DNA of 64,000 bases from assembly GCA_051362555.1 (NCBI GenBank), contig CM120642.1, forward strand, positions 21,886,001 to 21,950,000, read 5' to 3'. A program made the translations under genes and the position numbers. This DNA is from Lingula anatina (lineage: Eukaryota > Animalia > Brachiopoda). The notes under the pieces are model-generated. The model made no database searches, had not been told where the DNA came from, and saw only the letters and a list, made by a program, of their open reading frames with translations. Below, one piece after another: positions 14,742 to 25,622 of the stretch (position 1 is its first letter; every line of letters starts with the position of its first letter).

Positions 14742-17363
14742 ATGAATACAAACACAGTCACAGTGATCAGAATATATGCAAACACACTCTGTTATGTGTT
14801 TGTTTATATTCTTAATACTGTATACACCCCTATTGACACTTTATGTGTCTTAATATTTTTAATTACTCTGTTTATATTTGGCACACAGAATTATATACTT
14901 GCCTTTATGAATGTGATGTAAAGCTGGATGGTAAGTGAATAAGTGTGTTGGTTTGTGTACTGCATTGTACCACACACACACAGCACTTCAAGGCACTTGC
15001 TCTGATGCCATTGCTCTTAGTTCTTCAGATTTGTAGATATGAGACCGATCAAGCACTTGTGTTAGATTTACTGCTTTACTATAAATCAACCATTACATGT
15101 GTGGTCATGAAAATTTAGAAAAATTAGCTAGCCTTGATCAATTAACCAGATAAAAAGAATATCAAAACAAATAACTTTTCCATAGTGTCTCAGCAGTTGT
15201 ATTATTCTTGGCTTTCAGTTAATGCAACTGCTCATAATGCAGTGACAATTGCTTAAATGCCAGCTAAAGAATTTAATAGGCAAGCATATGACTTCGCCTG
15301 GTTTTTAACCCCTCAGGTGAGAAAAGTGAGGGCACTTGGTTGAGAGTTTGGGAATGCATACTACAAAGACAGCTAAATCTTGGTGCGTATAAAGTGGATG
15401 GTCTTTTAAAATTGAATGCAGCCCATTTTTTTAAATATGTAAATGACTATCTTTTCCAAAATCACAATGATTGACTTGTTTGAATCATGTCTCTTACTCA
15501 TTCTCTTTGTTATCTCATAGAATTTTAACAAGACATTTGCAAGATCTCCTCCTCTTCTGTCTTTTCGAAATCCATTAAAATTTATATGAATCATAACAAT
15601 CTCTTTTTTTGAACAACATTTAATTCCTTCAAAATTTTCTCCTGTCCCCCTTAAACAAAGTGGTCCGAGCAGTGCTTCTCTGGCCTCAGGGAGAGAGGGG
15701 AACAGTGGGTTCTCTAATTCAAGATCACTTTTTTCAGGTTTGCAAAAGTCAATTGTTTTATTATATAATTTAAAACCCAAATGTCAATGTCCTCCAAGAC
15801 AACATCAAAGTTGCTATCATCCACCACATTACTGTCCCATTTGTTCTACTTACTTTGAACATTCAAACCATGGATTACCTCAGATTCCCAAGAATCAGAT
15901 TGTATTTCATGCTAATTGTAAAAAATTTTTAATTGGTAATACACAATATTTTGGAAAATCAATTACAAATGCATAATTAAAATTCACAATCAAAAAAACA
16001 ACAAAATCTCAATAATATTAAATTTCTTTTATTCTCATGCTTCACATTTTTTTCATAATCGCCAATAGTTTCATAATAGTTATCACGTGTAAGTGTGCAA
16101 CACAAATATACTCCCCTTATTTTCTACCTTACATTTGTTACATATTAACTTTGGATGAACAACAGAAGCTGCATATGAAAGCCTTTCAAAATTTTTATTC
16201 TTTTATTCAGTACGCATATTTTGTTTGTTGTCAAGTTTCTAAATATCCTGAGCTTTGTCAATGTGATCAGTGGAACAGCTATTTTACTCTTTTCACCGAA
16301 AATACAGGCAAAACTGGCATTATTATTATCATTACCATAACATTACACAGGCTTTCCATACCTTTCAGAAGTTTTTGGTTGGTATTTTTTAATGTCACAT
16401 TATAGGCATATATATAAATATCATTAAATAGTCTGGTAACAATCTTTTGTTCACAGTTTTATGGCAATAGCTGTACATAACATTAAGTTGCACATGCTGT
16501 AAAGGAAATACACCTCCCTCCTGAGCGTAGCACCATTCATATGTGCACTAAAAATTGCCAGAGATACAGCTGTATATATGTGCTTTAAGAGACACAGATA
16601 TAATGCACTCAGCCTCCATTTAGCTGATTTTACTACATAACAGCCAGGCTCATAGTTGTCAATTTCTCAAAACATACTGGTACAGCTGTGTGGCTAAAAT
16701 AACCGATGTGAAAAAAGCCTATAAAAATGTCAAAAGTCAAGCCCATTAACAAAATCTGAATCTCCACATTCTACTTCCTACATATCAGTTACACCTGTTA
16801 CTTCTATTTTTATTTCAGAGATATTCAACACCATTTACTGGCAATATTTTATCTGACTTTTTCACTATAATGATATTACAACACAATGCTGTGGAACTTA
16901 GAATAAAAGACAAATGGCACCAAATATCACTTCTCTAGAACTTATTGCTGTTACCATAACATTTCAATTTTTTTCCTCAACACATACAAGAAACAAGATT
17001 TCAGGGCTAATAGTGATCATAATAACACAATTGCCACAAAAATTAAGTGGTTGGTTTTCCTCCCCTGTAATAAGAACACACCTACAGACAGCCAGGCCAG
17101 GCTGGCACACATCCAATGGATCTCTAGCTCAGACAGAGGTGGTACAACAAAAATGTTCAAATATAATTATTTTCCTAAACATGTTAACATTATACATAAC
17201 AAAGCTGATCAAATCAGACCTAACCTGAAAGACTGAATAAAGGGGTGTAGATATATTTTTCAATGAGTATGAGCAACGTAATAGCTTAAGGGAGACAGAG
17301 ACTAAGCCCTGATATCACTGTCACCATTAGTATCCTTTAAACTAATATAAATATCATATGAAC

Positions 17364-17386
<23 letters not shown>

Positions 17387-17432
<46 letters not shown>
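17387..17432. repeat. (TA)n microsatellite
   Basis: Uninterrupted TA run of ~45 bp. Confidence 0.98.
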
Positions 17433-17435
<3 letters not shown>

Positions 17436-17752
17436 GCACACCTACAATGTAACAGCTGCCTATCTAGCCAACATTTTGAAAAAGAAACAAAATTGTTTTG
17501 GACCTCATATTACTGCCTATGTCACAAACCAGCCACCACTAACAATACTACAAATTACAAACTTCCATCTTGGAATTCAAACTGATTAATGAATTGCATA
17601 AAGACAGCAATTATAACATCTAATCTGCAATGTGTGTTTTTTTTCGTTTCAAGAATTAAAATTTTGTAATATGTGTATGTTTGAAAATTGCATATTTACT
17701 GTATATTCATATTAATATATAGTTAATTTATGACCCCATTCCCATATATTTT

Positions 17753-17940
17753 AGATCCATCTATTCCTTTGGAGAGTCTCCCTAGATTACTGTCAGCTTA
17801 GCCGGCTTAAGTGTCTGTCCCACCTACTAAAAGCTGTAAGGGGGCAATTAACTATGGTGCGCTCGGCTGACTGCAATTTAGTGGAACCCCCAGGGAGTTA
17901 GGTCGATCTAAATCTAAATCTCTGGATCGATCTAAATCTC
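17753..17940. repeat. Palindromic element, copy 2 (opposite orientation, one inner arm missing)
   Basis: GCTTAAGTGTCTGTCCCACCTACTAAAAGCTGTAAGGGGGCAATTAACTAT aligns to the reverse complement of copy 1. Outer stem CTAGATTACTGTCAGCTTAGC / GCTCGGCTGACTGCAATTTAG. GATCTA ends. Confidence 0.7.
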
Positions 17941-18065
17941 TTTCACCAACTAGGAATAACATCATCAAAATTCATACTGGAGAGCATTTTCTGTTGAGAA
18001 GGAATAAATGGAATGCAGACAGCACTTCCCTCAATTGCAGGAGCTTAACTAGTGATAGGCTAGTA

Positions 18066-18097
18066 TCACAGCTCATCTCTTGGTTGTGTACTGGTTT
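18066..18097 (-). pseudogene. UGGT: UGGT terminal coding exon (ETSTQPRDEL*), ER-retrieval signal
   Basis: ctttccag|AAACCAGTACACAACCAAGAGATGAGCTGTGA. In phase with the previous exon and ends in a KDEL-type RDEL. Confidence 0.9.
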
Positions 18098-18853
18098 CTG
18101 GAAAGACAACAAAAACAGAGCTAAGCAACTTGTAGTAAATTTACTGAATATTAACTATACCACTTGGAATACAATCGCCAATTGCAACTTGAACATGACA
18201 CAATTACATAATACTTATGGCTTTATTTTGCAATTTCAATATGCATTTTGTGGACAACTGATAAAAATGAATGTGCATGGGACAAAATATGTACAAAGTA
18301 TAGCCGTTCCACGTTTCCCTTATTTGATATAAATCAACCAGGTTTGAAAATGTTACTAAAATGTCCTCAATAAAAAAATAAAGAAAGCTGATAGCATGTC
18401 TGGAGGCTTTAGGATAGCAGTTGAGTAATGACAGGACAATAAATTATAATAAAAAGTGATTGGAATTATGTTTGAATACAGTTTTATAATAAATGAATAC
18501 GGTAGTGTGCCAAACAGTTTGAATGAGTCTACTTTAAAAATAACATCATTTTGATCGAATAAATTGAAATGCAGCAATAAAAATTTTGGTAAAATATGAA
18601 TTGTTCAGGCCATTCAACTTACCAAAAATATTGCACTTTACCTGAAGTGCTGCTCACTTACACTTCTTATCTAGTTTAACAGACTTGAAAGCTATAGTTT
18701 TTACTAACACACTACACTGTTTATCATCAATGAAGGACAGTAAAAAGCCTCGTACATTTCAACTTTTCTTTTTACATGTGACCCCTTTTTGAGGTGCATT
18801 AACTGCTTTTTGAGGAATTCAAGCAAGATGTCAGAATTCAAAATCTCACTGAC

Positions 18854-19013
18854 CTTGTGCTTAACTGTGGTCAGCACTTAGTGAACTTAGTGTGGGTTTA
18901 TTTCTGGTAAAGTTTTCAAATATCCTCCTTGCTTCATTGTCATATTCTTCCCACTCAGCTACTATTCTCTTAGCTTCATTCAGCTTAGGTCCTTTGGTCT
19001 GCGGGTTATTACA
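18854..19013 (-). pseudogene. UGGT: UGGT exon (CNNPQTKGPKLNEAKRIVAEWEEYDNEARRIF...DHS*AQ)
   Basis: ctccag|TGT...AAG|gtcagt. Matches [27 protein letters not shown]. Premature TAA near the exon end. Confidence 0.95.
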
Positions 19014-19225
19014 CTGGAGTAAACAAAAGGTGAAATATAACCCCCACTCAAGCCACTCTTAGCCCACAAGGTCAGTCTTGATAGCTTTCATAAAACAAGT
19101 TACATTTCTCACAAAATAAAATAAAAATGAAATAGTGACTTCGTTTTTAGCATCAGGTTTCAAAAGTTAAATATGCTCCAGAACTTTGCATTAAACTGAA
19201 ACATTCAAGTAGTCACAACCTCATG

Positions 19226-19470
19226 ACAAGGCAGCAAAGCTGTCAAACGTACAGACAAAAAACAGAAAATGCAGTCTAGGAGGAGAAGCGGTAATGGTGA
19301 CTTGTATCCCATGCGACCCTGCGGAGCTCAAGGAGCCGGCGGAGTTGACACACGCTGGTGGTACTAATGATAATCAAACAGAGCTGGTTTTCTAATTTGG
19401 GCTGTATGTCCATCCTAAGAATCATTCTTGTAAGTTAAAAAAAAAATAGTAAGTAACACAGTTTTCTTTC
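19226..19470 (-). mobile_element. Internally deleted HINE fragment with a GC-rich filler
   Basis: Has the family terminus ACAAGGCAGCAAAGCTGTCAAACGTACAGAC. 19365-19470 matches 31410-31510 of a longer copy. Confidence 0.75.
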
Positions 19471-19749
19471 TATAACAAATGTGCCAAATGAACCATAAAA
19501 TCAGGTTGATATCAGAGTTCAGATGCCAATTGAACATATCACCTATTTCAATATAGGTGAACATCATTCCTATGTGAACAGGCAAGATGTATGAATGATA
19601 CACAGGCTAACACACCAGGCTTTGCTGTTTCTAAATAACAGTTAAGTTGCAAATATCACAATCTTAAAAATAAGCCAAAAGTCACATCCAAACAAATTCT
19701 TTACCTACTACACACAATTAAAATTTTAGGGTGACCAAAAATTCTTTAT

Positions 19750-21285
19750 CCTTCATCTCGACACTAGAATATAATATACATACTTAATCTCTACACTGAA
19801 ATATAACATACACACTTCATCTCTACGCTGGAATACAACATACACACTTCATCTCTACACTGGAATACAACATACACATTTCATCGCTACACTGGATACA
19901 AAATACACACTTCATCTCTACAACATATATACGCTTCAGCTCTACACTGGAATACAACATACACACTTCATCTCTACACTGGAATATAACATACACACTT
20001 CATCTCTACACTGGAATACAATATACACACTTCATCTCTACACTGGAATATAACATACACACTTCATCTCTACACTGGAATACAACATACACACTTCATC
20101 TCTACACTGGAATACAATATACGCACTTCATCTCTACACTGGAAAACAATATACACACTTCATCTCTACACTGGAATACAACATAAACACTTAATCTCTA
20201 CACAGCACAGGCTTCAAACAACTGCGCATGTGCGAAAAGTGCGCTGTTTGAAATAAACAAGTTGGTGAAATTGACAAAGACCGTCTGGTTGATTTTATTT
20301 CATTACCTCTCTGGTGTCTTTTTGAAAATTTATATTAGAAATGTTCTATTGATTTTATGTTGTAAAAAGTAAATCCGTCGGAATTCCTTAGAAAAACATT
20401 TATTTTACCTTCATTTTAAGGGGATTCCCATTGTATTTATAGTGTTATATGTGGCCCCAATGGGGATTTTCACACCTCCCCTACTCTTGATTAATAAAAT
20501 TCTTCACCTGGAGGATTGTAAATTACATTGCAAAATACATTGAAAATCGTAGGAAGGTTAACTGCAGATAATGCTGCGAGGATATTCTTAACAGTGGGGG
20601 AACTCGGCCAATATAAAATTTTTAACTTCGTTTTACGATTTTGGAGCGCCTGTTCTAATTTTTGAAAGCGAGGCAATGGAACCAAACAATGCGATACAAT
20701 TTGTAATCTCGTAAAAATTGCTATTTTTATATAAAGGTTATAGCATGGAGTACATCGAAATGCGACTTGTTTATTATTATGATCTTAAATAATAATTAAT
20801 ATAAAACAAACGATATAATACGTTCTTAACGTTAGCCTATTTATTAGCTTAATTGATTTTTTTTCGTATTTGGAGATTAAAAACACAAAAGTTGTCTGGT
20901 TTCATATCGAGGCACTGCGTTTCATTCGTGTGCTTCTCTACACTGGAATACAACATATACACTTCATCTCTACACTGGAATACAACATAAACACTTCATC
21001 TCTACAACATATATACGCTTCAGCTCTACACTGGAATACAACATACACACTTCATCTCTACAATGGAATATAACATACACACTTCATCTCTACACTGGAA
21101 TACAACATACACACTTCATCTCTTCACTGGAATACAACATACACACATCATCTCTACACTGGAATACAATATACACACTTCATCTCTACACTGGAATACA
21201 ACATAAACACTTCATCTCTACACTGGAATACAACATAAACACTTCATCTCTACACTGGAATATAACATACACCCTTCATCTCCAC
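19750..21285. repeat. 30-bp minisatellite (CTACACTGGAATACAACATACACACTTCAT-like), split by an insertion at 20204-20934
   Basis: Unit repeats with a 30-bp period on both sides of the insertion. Confidence 0.95.
20204..20934. mobile_element. 731-bp non-autonomous DNA transposon, AGCACA...TGTGCT ends, 9-bp TSD TCTCTACAC (MULE-like by TSD length)
   Basis: TCTCTACAC|AGCACAG...GTGTGCT|TCTCTACAC. The 9-bp duplication breaks the 30-bp phase of the host minisatellite. Confidence 0.7.
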
Positions 21286-21334
21286 ATGTTCTTGAAGAAA
21301 AGTGTTATTTTCACAATATGGAAATATGTTTTAC

Positions 21335-21419
21335 CTGGATGAAGAATCTCATAACCCCTCCTCTTGTCTCCTACTCCTCCCAACGAATCATCTGACTCCT
21401 GCCCTGGCTTCTTGCTTAC
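21335..21419 (-). pseudogene. UGGT: UGGT exon (VSKKPGQESDDSLGG...GL*DSSS), apparently frameshifted
   Basis: ttttag|GTAAGCAAGAAG...CAG|gtaaaa. Resembles VQKKADMVNEDLL...GFWDS once a 1-nt shift is allowed. Confidence 0.75.
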
Positions 21420-21421
21420 CT

Positions 21422-21712
21422 AAAAACAGATCACAATGAGAGAGCAATTATTTTGAAAATAAGCAGATCACAATGAGAGAGAGAGCAATTATTTTGAAAA
21501 TAAGCAGATCACAATGAGAGAGAGAAATCATTTTGAAAATAAACAGATCACAATGAAAAGCAATCATTTTGAAAATAAGCAGATCACAATGAGAGAGAGC
21601 AATCATTTTAAAAATAAGCAGATCACAATGAAAAGCAATCATTTTGAAAATAAGCAGATCACAATGAGAGAGAGAGAGCAATCATTTTGAAAATAAGAAG
21701 ATCAGAATGATG
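21422..21712. repeat. ~37-43-bp minisatellite (AAAATAAGCAGATCACAATG(AG)nCAATCATTTTG) abutting a UGGT acceptor
   Basis: About 7 tandem copies starting directly at the exon boundary 21420-21421. Confidence 0.92.
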
Positions 21713-22104
21713 GAGAACTTAGAATGGAACTTAGAATGGACTCTCCGAGTACACACATCCAATTTGAATAACCTGCATGTACATATATGGCAATACCTCA
21801 TAGATGATATAGTTTATATTTTGTGAAGCAAGTGCTTTACACATCTCTGAAACAGGTCAACAAAGCAAGCTTACTGAGCCTTATAAACATAAATTCTGTG
21901 ATATGAATAATACTTGAGAAAATATTCTATAATTAAAACTGAAGAAGCTGGTAGGAATAATATGTTTTAGTTTGATCTTTATCTGTTTTGGTAGTAGTGT
22001 TACAGTATTTTCTGTTTTTAAGTAGTACCTAGAACAGCAGAATCATTCTGTCAACATAAATTTTCCACAAACCCATGAAAGTCACCACCCTCAGCACTAC
22101 CCAC

Positions 22105-22189
22105 CTTGACTTTGATGATTTTACTGAGGAAGCTGTTCATGACAATAGTAATGTTAGGTGAATCTGGTGGAGAGTCTGTCCTCTCATGG
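22105..22189 (-). pseudogene. UGGT: UGGT exon (HERTDSPPDSPNITIVMNSFLSKIIKVK)
   Basis: ctctag|...AAG|gtgggt. Matches SHDGTDSPPDADEVVIVLNNFKSKIIKVK. Confidence 0.95.
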
Positions 22190-22517
22190 CTAGAGGAGGA
22201 AAACATAGAAGATGAACAGTATATAAAGAACTATTATAGCCTTCATTAACTTTTCCTAGCAAGGTTAAAACATTTAGTCTCAACAAAGCAAAATACTAAG
22301 TAATAACATCAACTGGCTGACTTGTTAGTCCAAGGCACTGAAAATGACTCCAGAACACAGAATCATACGTAACTTGAAATGAATACATAATGTAATTGAT
22401 ATTTTCATCGAATTTAGGACATCTACAACCCAAGACAATAACTTACACCACATTAACTTTAGCAAATAAAGGTGATTAAGAACAACTCTACTATGGCAGC
22501 ACAAAGTGGTAACTAAC

Positions 22518-22603
22518 CTTGCTATCTTGTAGATTTCCTCTGAATGTTCATGTTAAAGTTGTAACATCCAAGCCCCTGGCTTAGCTTTCAGTTGGAAATA
22601 ACC
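22518..22603 (-). pseudogene. UGGT: UGGT exon (GYFQLKAKPGAWMLQL*HEHSEEIYKIA)
   Basis: ttttag|...AG|gttagt. In-frame TAA. Matches GYFQLKANPGAWILRLR. Confidence 0.95.
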
Positions 22604-23337
22604 CTAAAATAGTGGTTTAAGGCAAGTTAATATTTCAAGCATTTTGTCAATTGCCAGAATTATTCAAACGAGAAAAACTAACAACAGTGACAGCACAGAA
22701 AAAATGTACACTTAAATGTCTGTACATAAAAAGAACCCCTGCAAAATTGAAGAAAAAAATGATCCACTAATAACACTACATCTAATTTGTGTCTGAAGTA
22801 AGTGAAGAAGTTTTAAAAAACAATAAATGCCAATTACATGCATGTAAAAGAGTGTGTTTAAATTTTAAGATATCCAACTTGGTAAGCTTTAGTATCAGCA
22901 ATATTCTAGGATGTCCCTTATATCAAATATACACAAAGCAACACATTTAAGGGACTGCCATCATACCATGAAAATAAAATGTGAATTTTCATTCAATAAT
23001 TACAGATAAGATAAAAAAATATCCTCAGAGAAGCACTTTGCTATACCTAAATACATCATAGCCTGTACTCCCAGGTCACTTTTCTATGGAAGGTTTAAAC
23101 AGATTACTCTTCAGGTGTTATAATCTCTGACCTATTAGTCCTTTAGTTGATGGAATGTAGAGATTTTCTGTCATGTGAGAAAATATTTGTGATCTCTTTT
23201 GTTAACATATGATTGTTTCAAGAATCTATACTACATTTTCCATTTTGTCAAATCACACACACAAAAAAAAGTTTCCCTGTAGTTCCTTCTTAAGATAAAA
23301 GACACCCCCCACCTGCACACTCTGCCCAGTTACGTAC

Positions 23338-23444
23338 CAGGTTGGCCATGAAGAAAGTGTCCACCACTGCCTGCTGACTCTTGGTCCCCAGTACAAACTG
23401 CAGGCCCCTGGAGGGCTGGCCTGAATTCTGGTCATGGCAGTGAC
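23338..23444 (-). pseudogene. UGGT: UGGT exon (GHCHDQNSGQPSRGLQFVLGTKSQQAVVDTFFMANL)
   Basis: ttgtag|...CTG|gtacgt. Matches GHCYDITTGQPPRGLQFTLGT...DTIVMANL. Confidence 0.95.
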
Positions 23445-23524
23445 CTACAAAGAAATGGGGTCATACTTCATATATCTGTATAACTTGCATTGACTACTGT
23501 GCAAAGAATAATTGAAATGAATGA

Positions 23525-25293
23525 TAGTGCACTAACTTTAGAGTAGTGTAGTGTATTGCAGTGCAGTGTAGTGCAGTGCAGTGTAGTATAGTGCCGTGCA
23601 GTGTAGTGTAGTGTAGTGTATTGCAGTGTAGTGTATTACAGTGCAGTGTAGTATAGTGCAGTGCACTGGAGTGTAGTGTAGTGTATTGCAGTGTAGTGCA
23701 GTGCAATGTATTGCAGTGTAGTGTAGTGCAGTGCAGTGCAGTGCAGTGTAGTGTATTGCAGTGCAGTGTAGTGCAGTGCTATGTTGTGTATTGCAGTGTA
23801 GTGCAGTGCTGTGTAGTGTAGTGCAGTGCTATATAGTGCATTGCAGTGTAGTGCATTGCTATGTAGTGCAGTGCAGTGCTATGCAGTGTAGTGTAGTCCA
23901 GTGCAGTGTAGTGCAGTGCTATGTAGTGTATTGTAGTGTAGTGCAGTGCAGTGTAGTCCAGTGCAGTGCAGTGCTACATAGTGTATAGCAGTGTAGTGTA
24001 GTGCAGTGCAGTGTAGTGCAGTGCTTTGTAGTATATAGCAGTGTAGTGTAGTGCAGTGCTATGTAGTGTATTGTAGTGCAGTGCAGTGTAGTGTAGTGTA
24101 ATACAGTGCAGTGCTACGTAGTGTATTCTAGTGCGGTGCAGTGCAGTATAGTGCAGTGCACTGCAGTTTAGTGTAGTGTATTGCAGAGTAGTGTAGTGTA
24201 GTGCAGTGCTATGTAGTGTATTGCAGTGTAGTGTAGCGCAGTGCAGTATAGTGTAGCACAGTGCAGTATAGTGTAGTGCAGTGTAGTATAGTGCCGTGCA
24301 GTGTAGTGTAGTGTATTGCAGTGTAGTGTATTACAGTGCAGTGTAGTATAGTGCAGTGCACTGCAGTGTAGTGTAGTGTATTGCAATGTAGTGCAGTGCA
24401 GTGCAGTGTATTGCAGTGTAGTATAGTGCACTGCAGTGTAGTGTATTGCAGTGCAGTGCTGTGTAGTGTATTGCAGTGTAGTGCAGTGATATATAGTATA
24501 TTGCAGTGTAGTGCATTGCTATGTAGTGCAGTGCAGTGCAATGCTATGCAGTGTAGTGCAGTGCTATGTAGTGTATTGTAGTGTAGTGCAGTGCAGTGCA
24601 ACATAGTGTAGTGCAGTGCAGTGTAGTGTAATATAGTGCAGTGCTATGTAGTGTATTCTAGTGCAGTGCAGTGTAGTATAGTGCAGTGCACTGCAGTGTA
24701 GTGTAGTGTATTGCAGTGTTGTGTAGTGTAGTGCAGTGCTATGTAGTGTATTGTAGTGCAGTGCAGTGTAGTGTAGTGTAGTGTATTGCAGTGTAGTGTA
24801 TTACAGTGCAGTGTAGTATAGTGCAGTGCACTGCAGTGTAGTGTAGTGTATTGCAGTGTTGTGTAGTGTAGTGCAGTGCTATGTAGTGTATTGTAGTGCA
24901 GTGCAGTGTAGTCGAGTGCAGTGCAGTGCTACGTAGTGTATTGCAGTGTAGTGTAGCACAGTGCAGTATAGTGTACTGCAGTGCTATGTAGTGTATAGCA
25001 GTGTAGTGTAGTGTAGTGCAGTGCTACGTCGTGTATTGTAGTGCAGTGCAGTGTAGTGCAGTGCTATGTAGTGTAGTGCAGTGCAGTCGAGTGCAGTGCA
25101 CTGCAGTGTAGTGTAGTGTATTGCAGTGTAGTGCAGTGCAGTATAGTGTAGTGCAGTGCTATGTAGTGTATAGCAGTGTAGTGTAGTGCAGTGCTACGTT
25201 GTGTATTGTAGTGCAGTGTAGTGCAGTGCTATGTAGTGTAGTGTAGTGCAGTGCAGTGCAGTGTAGTGCAGTGCCATGTAGTGTATTGTAGTG
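23525..25293. repeat. Pentameric satellite (GTGCA/GTGTA)n, ~1.8 kb
   Basis: Continuous 5-bp period with variants GTGCA, GTGTA, TTGCA and GTGCT. Confidence 0.97.
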
Positions 25294-25331
25294 TCTACTT
25301 TGAAATGTTAATATTTCTCAAAGAAACTTAC

Positions 25332-25411
25332 CTTTTCAGTGGCATTTCTGACAATTTTTCTCTGCAATTCATGAACATTTGAATCTTAAGGTTTGCAACT
25401 TTGAGCAGTGC
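25332..25411 (-). pseudogene. UGGT: UGGT exon (ALLKVANLKIQMFMNCREKLSEMPLK)
   Basis: ttgcag|...AG|gtaagt. Matches VFMNCQSKLSDMPLKS. Confidence 0.92.
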
Positions 25412-25440
25412 CTGCAACATAAAACACTGTTATAATGATT

Positions 25441-25530
25441 GGCTTAGATATCTGGCATGTCTACTGAAGCTGCTAAACAATAGTTAATTATGCCCCAATG
25501 GCTTCAGTAGGCATGCCAGACATCAGAGCC
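25441..25530. repeat. Palindromic element, copy 3 (inner hairpin only)
   Basis: GGCTTAGATATCTGGCATGTCTACTGAAGC pairs with GCTTCAGTAGGCATGCCAGACATCAGAGCC. The loop TAAACAATA...CCCC is shared with copy 1. Confidence 0.8.
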
Positions 25531-25622
25531 GCGAAAGTTGAATGCAAGTTATGTGTCCTGGAGATGGGAACAGGGTCTGATAGCAATGACTCTGCCAAGA
25601 CACTTTTCTGTTTGACATTTGA

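Larger units (their letters stand above)
21..14785. repeat. A/C-rich complex satellite (~48-bp base period of 21+~27 bp) with 3,145-bp higher-order duplication
   Basis: Recurring motifs ACAGTGATCA, ACAAACAC and GACAACAC. CAGT-type anchors at 728/756/777/803/824/852/873 alternate 21 and 26-28 bp. Identical ORF translations recur at a fixed offset of 3145 (401/3546, 644/3789, 1123/4268, 2093/5238, 2807/5952). A more diverged copy of ~30-1180 lies at ~9390-10600. Confidence 0.95.

Noticed and set aside
15406-15780. 124-aa minus-strand ORF
   Set aside because: No recognisable motif or splice context. It may be a decayed coding remnant but cannot be supported.
23494-24604. His/Cys/Thr-rich ORFs resembling metal-binding proteins
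   Set aside because: Translation of the 5-bp satellite.
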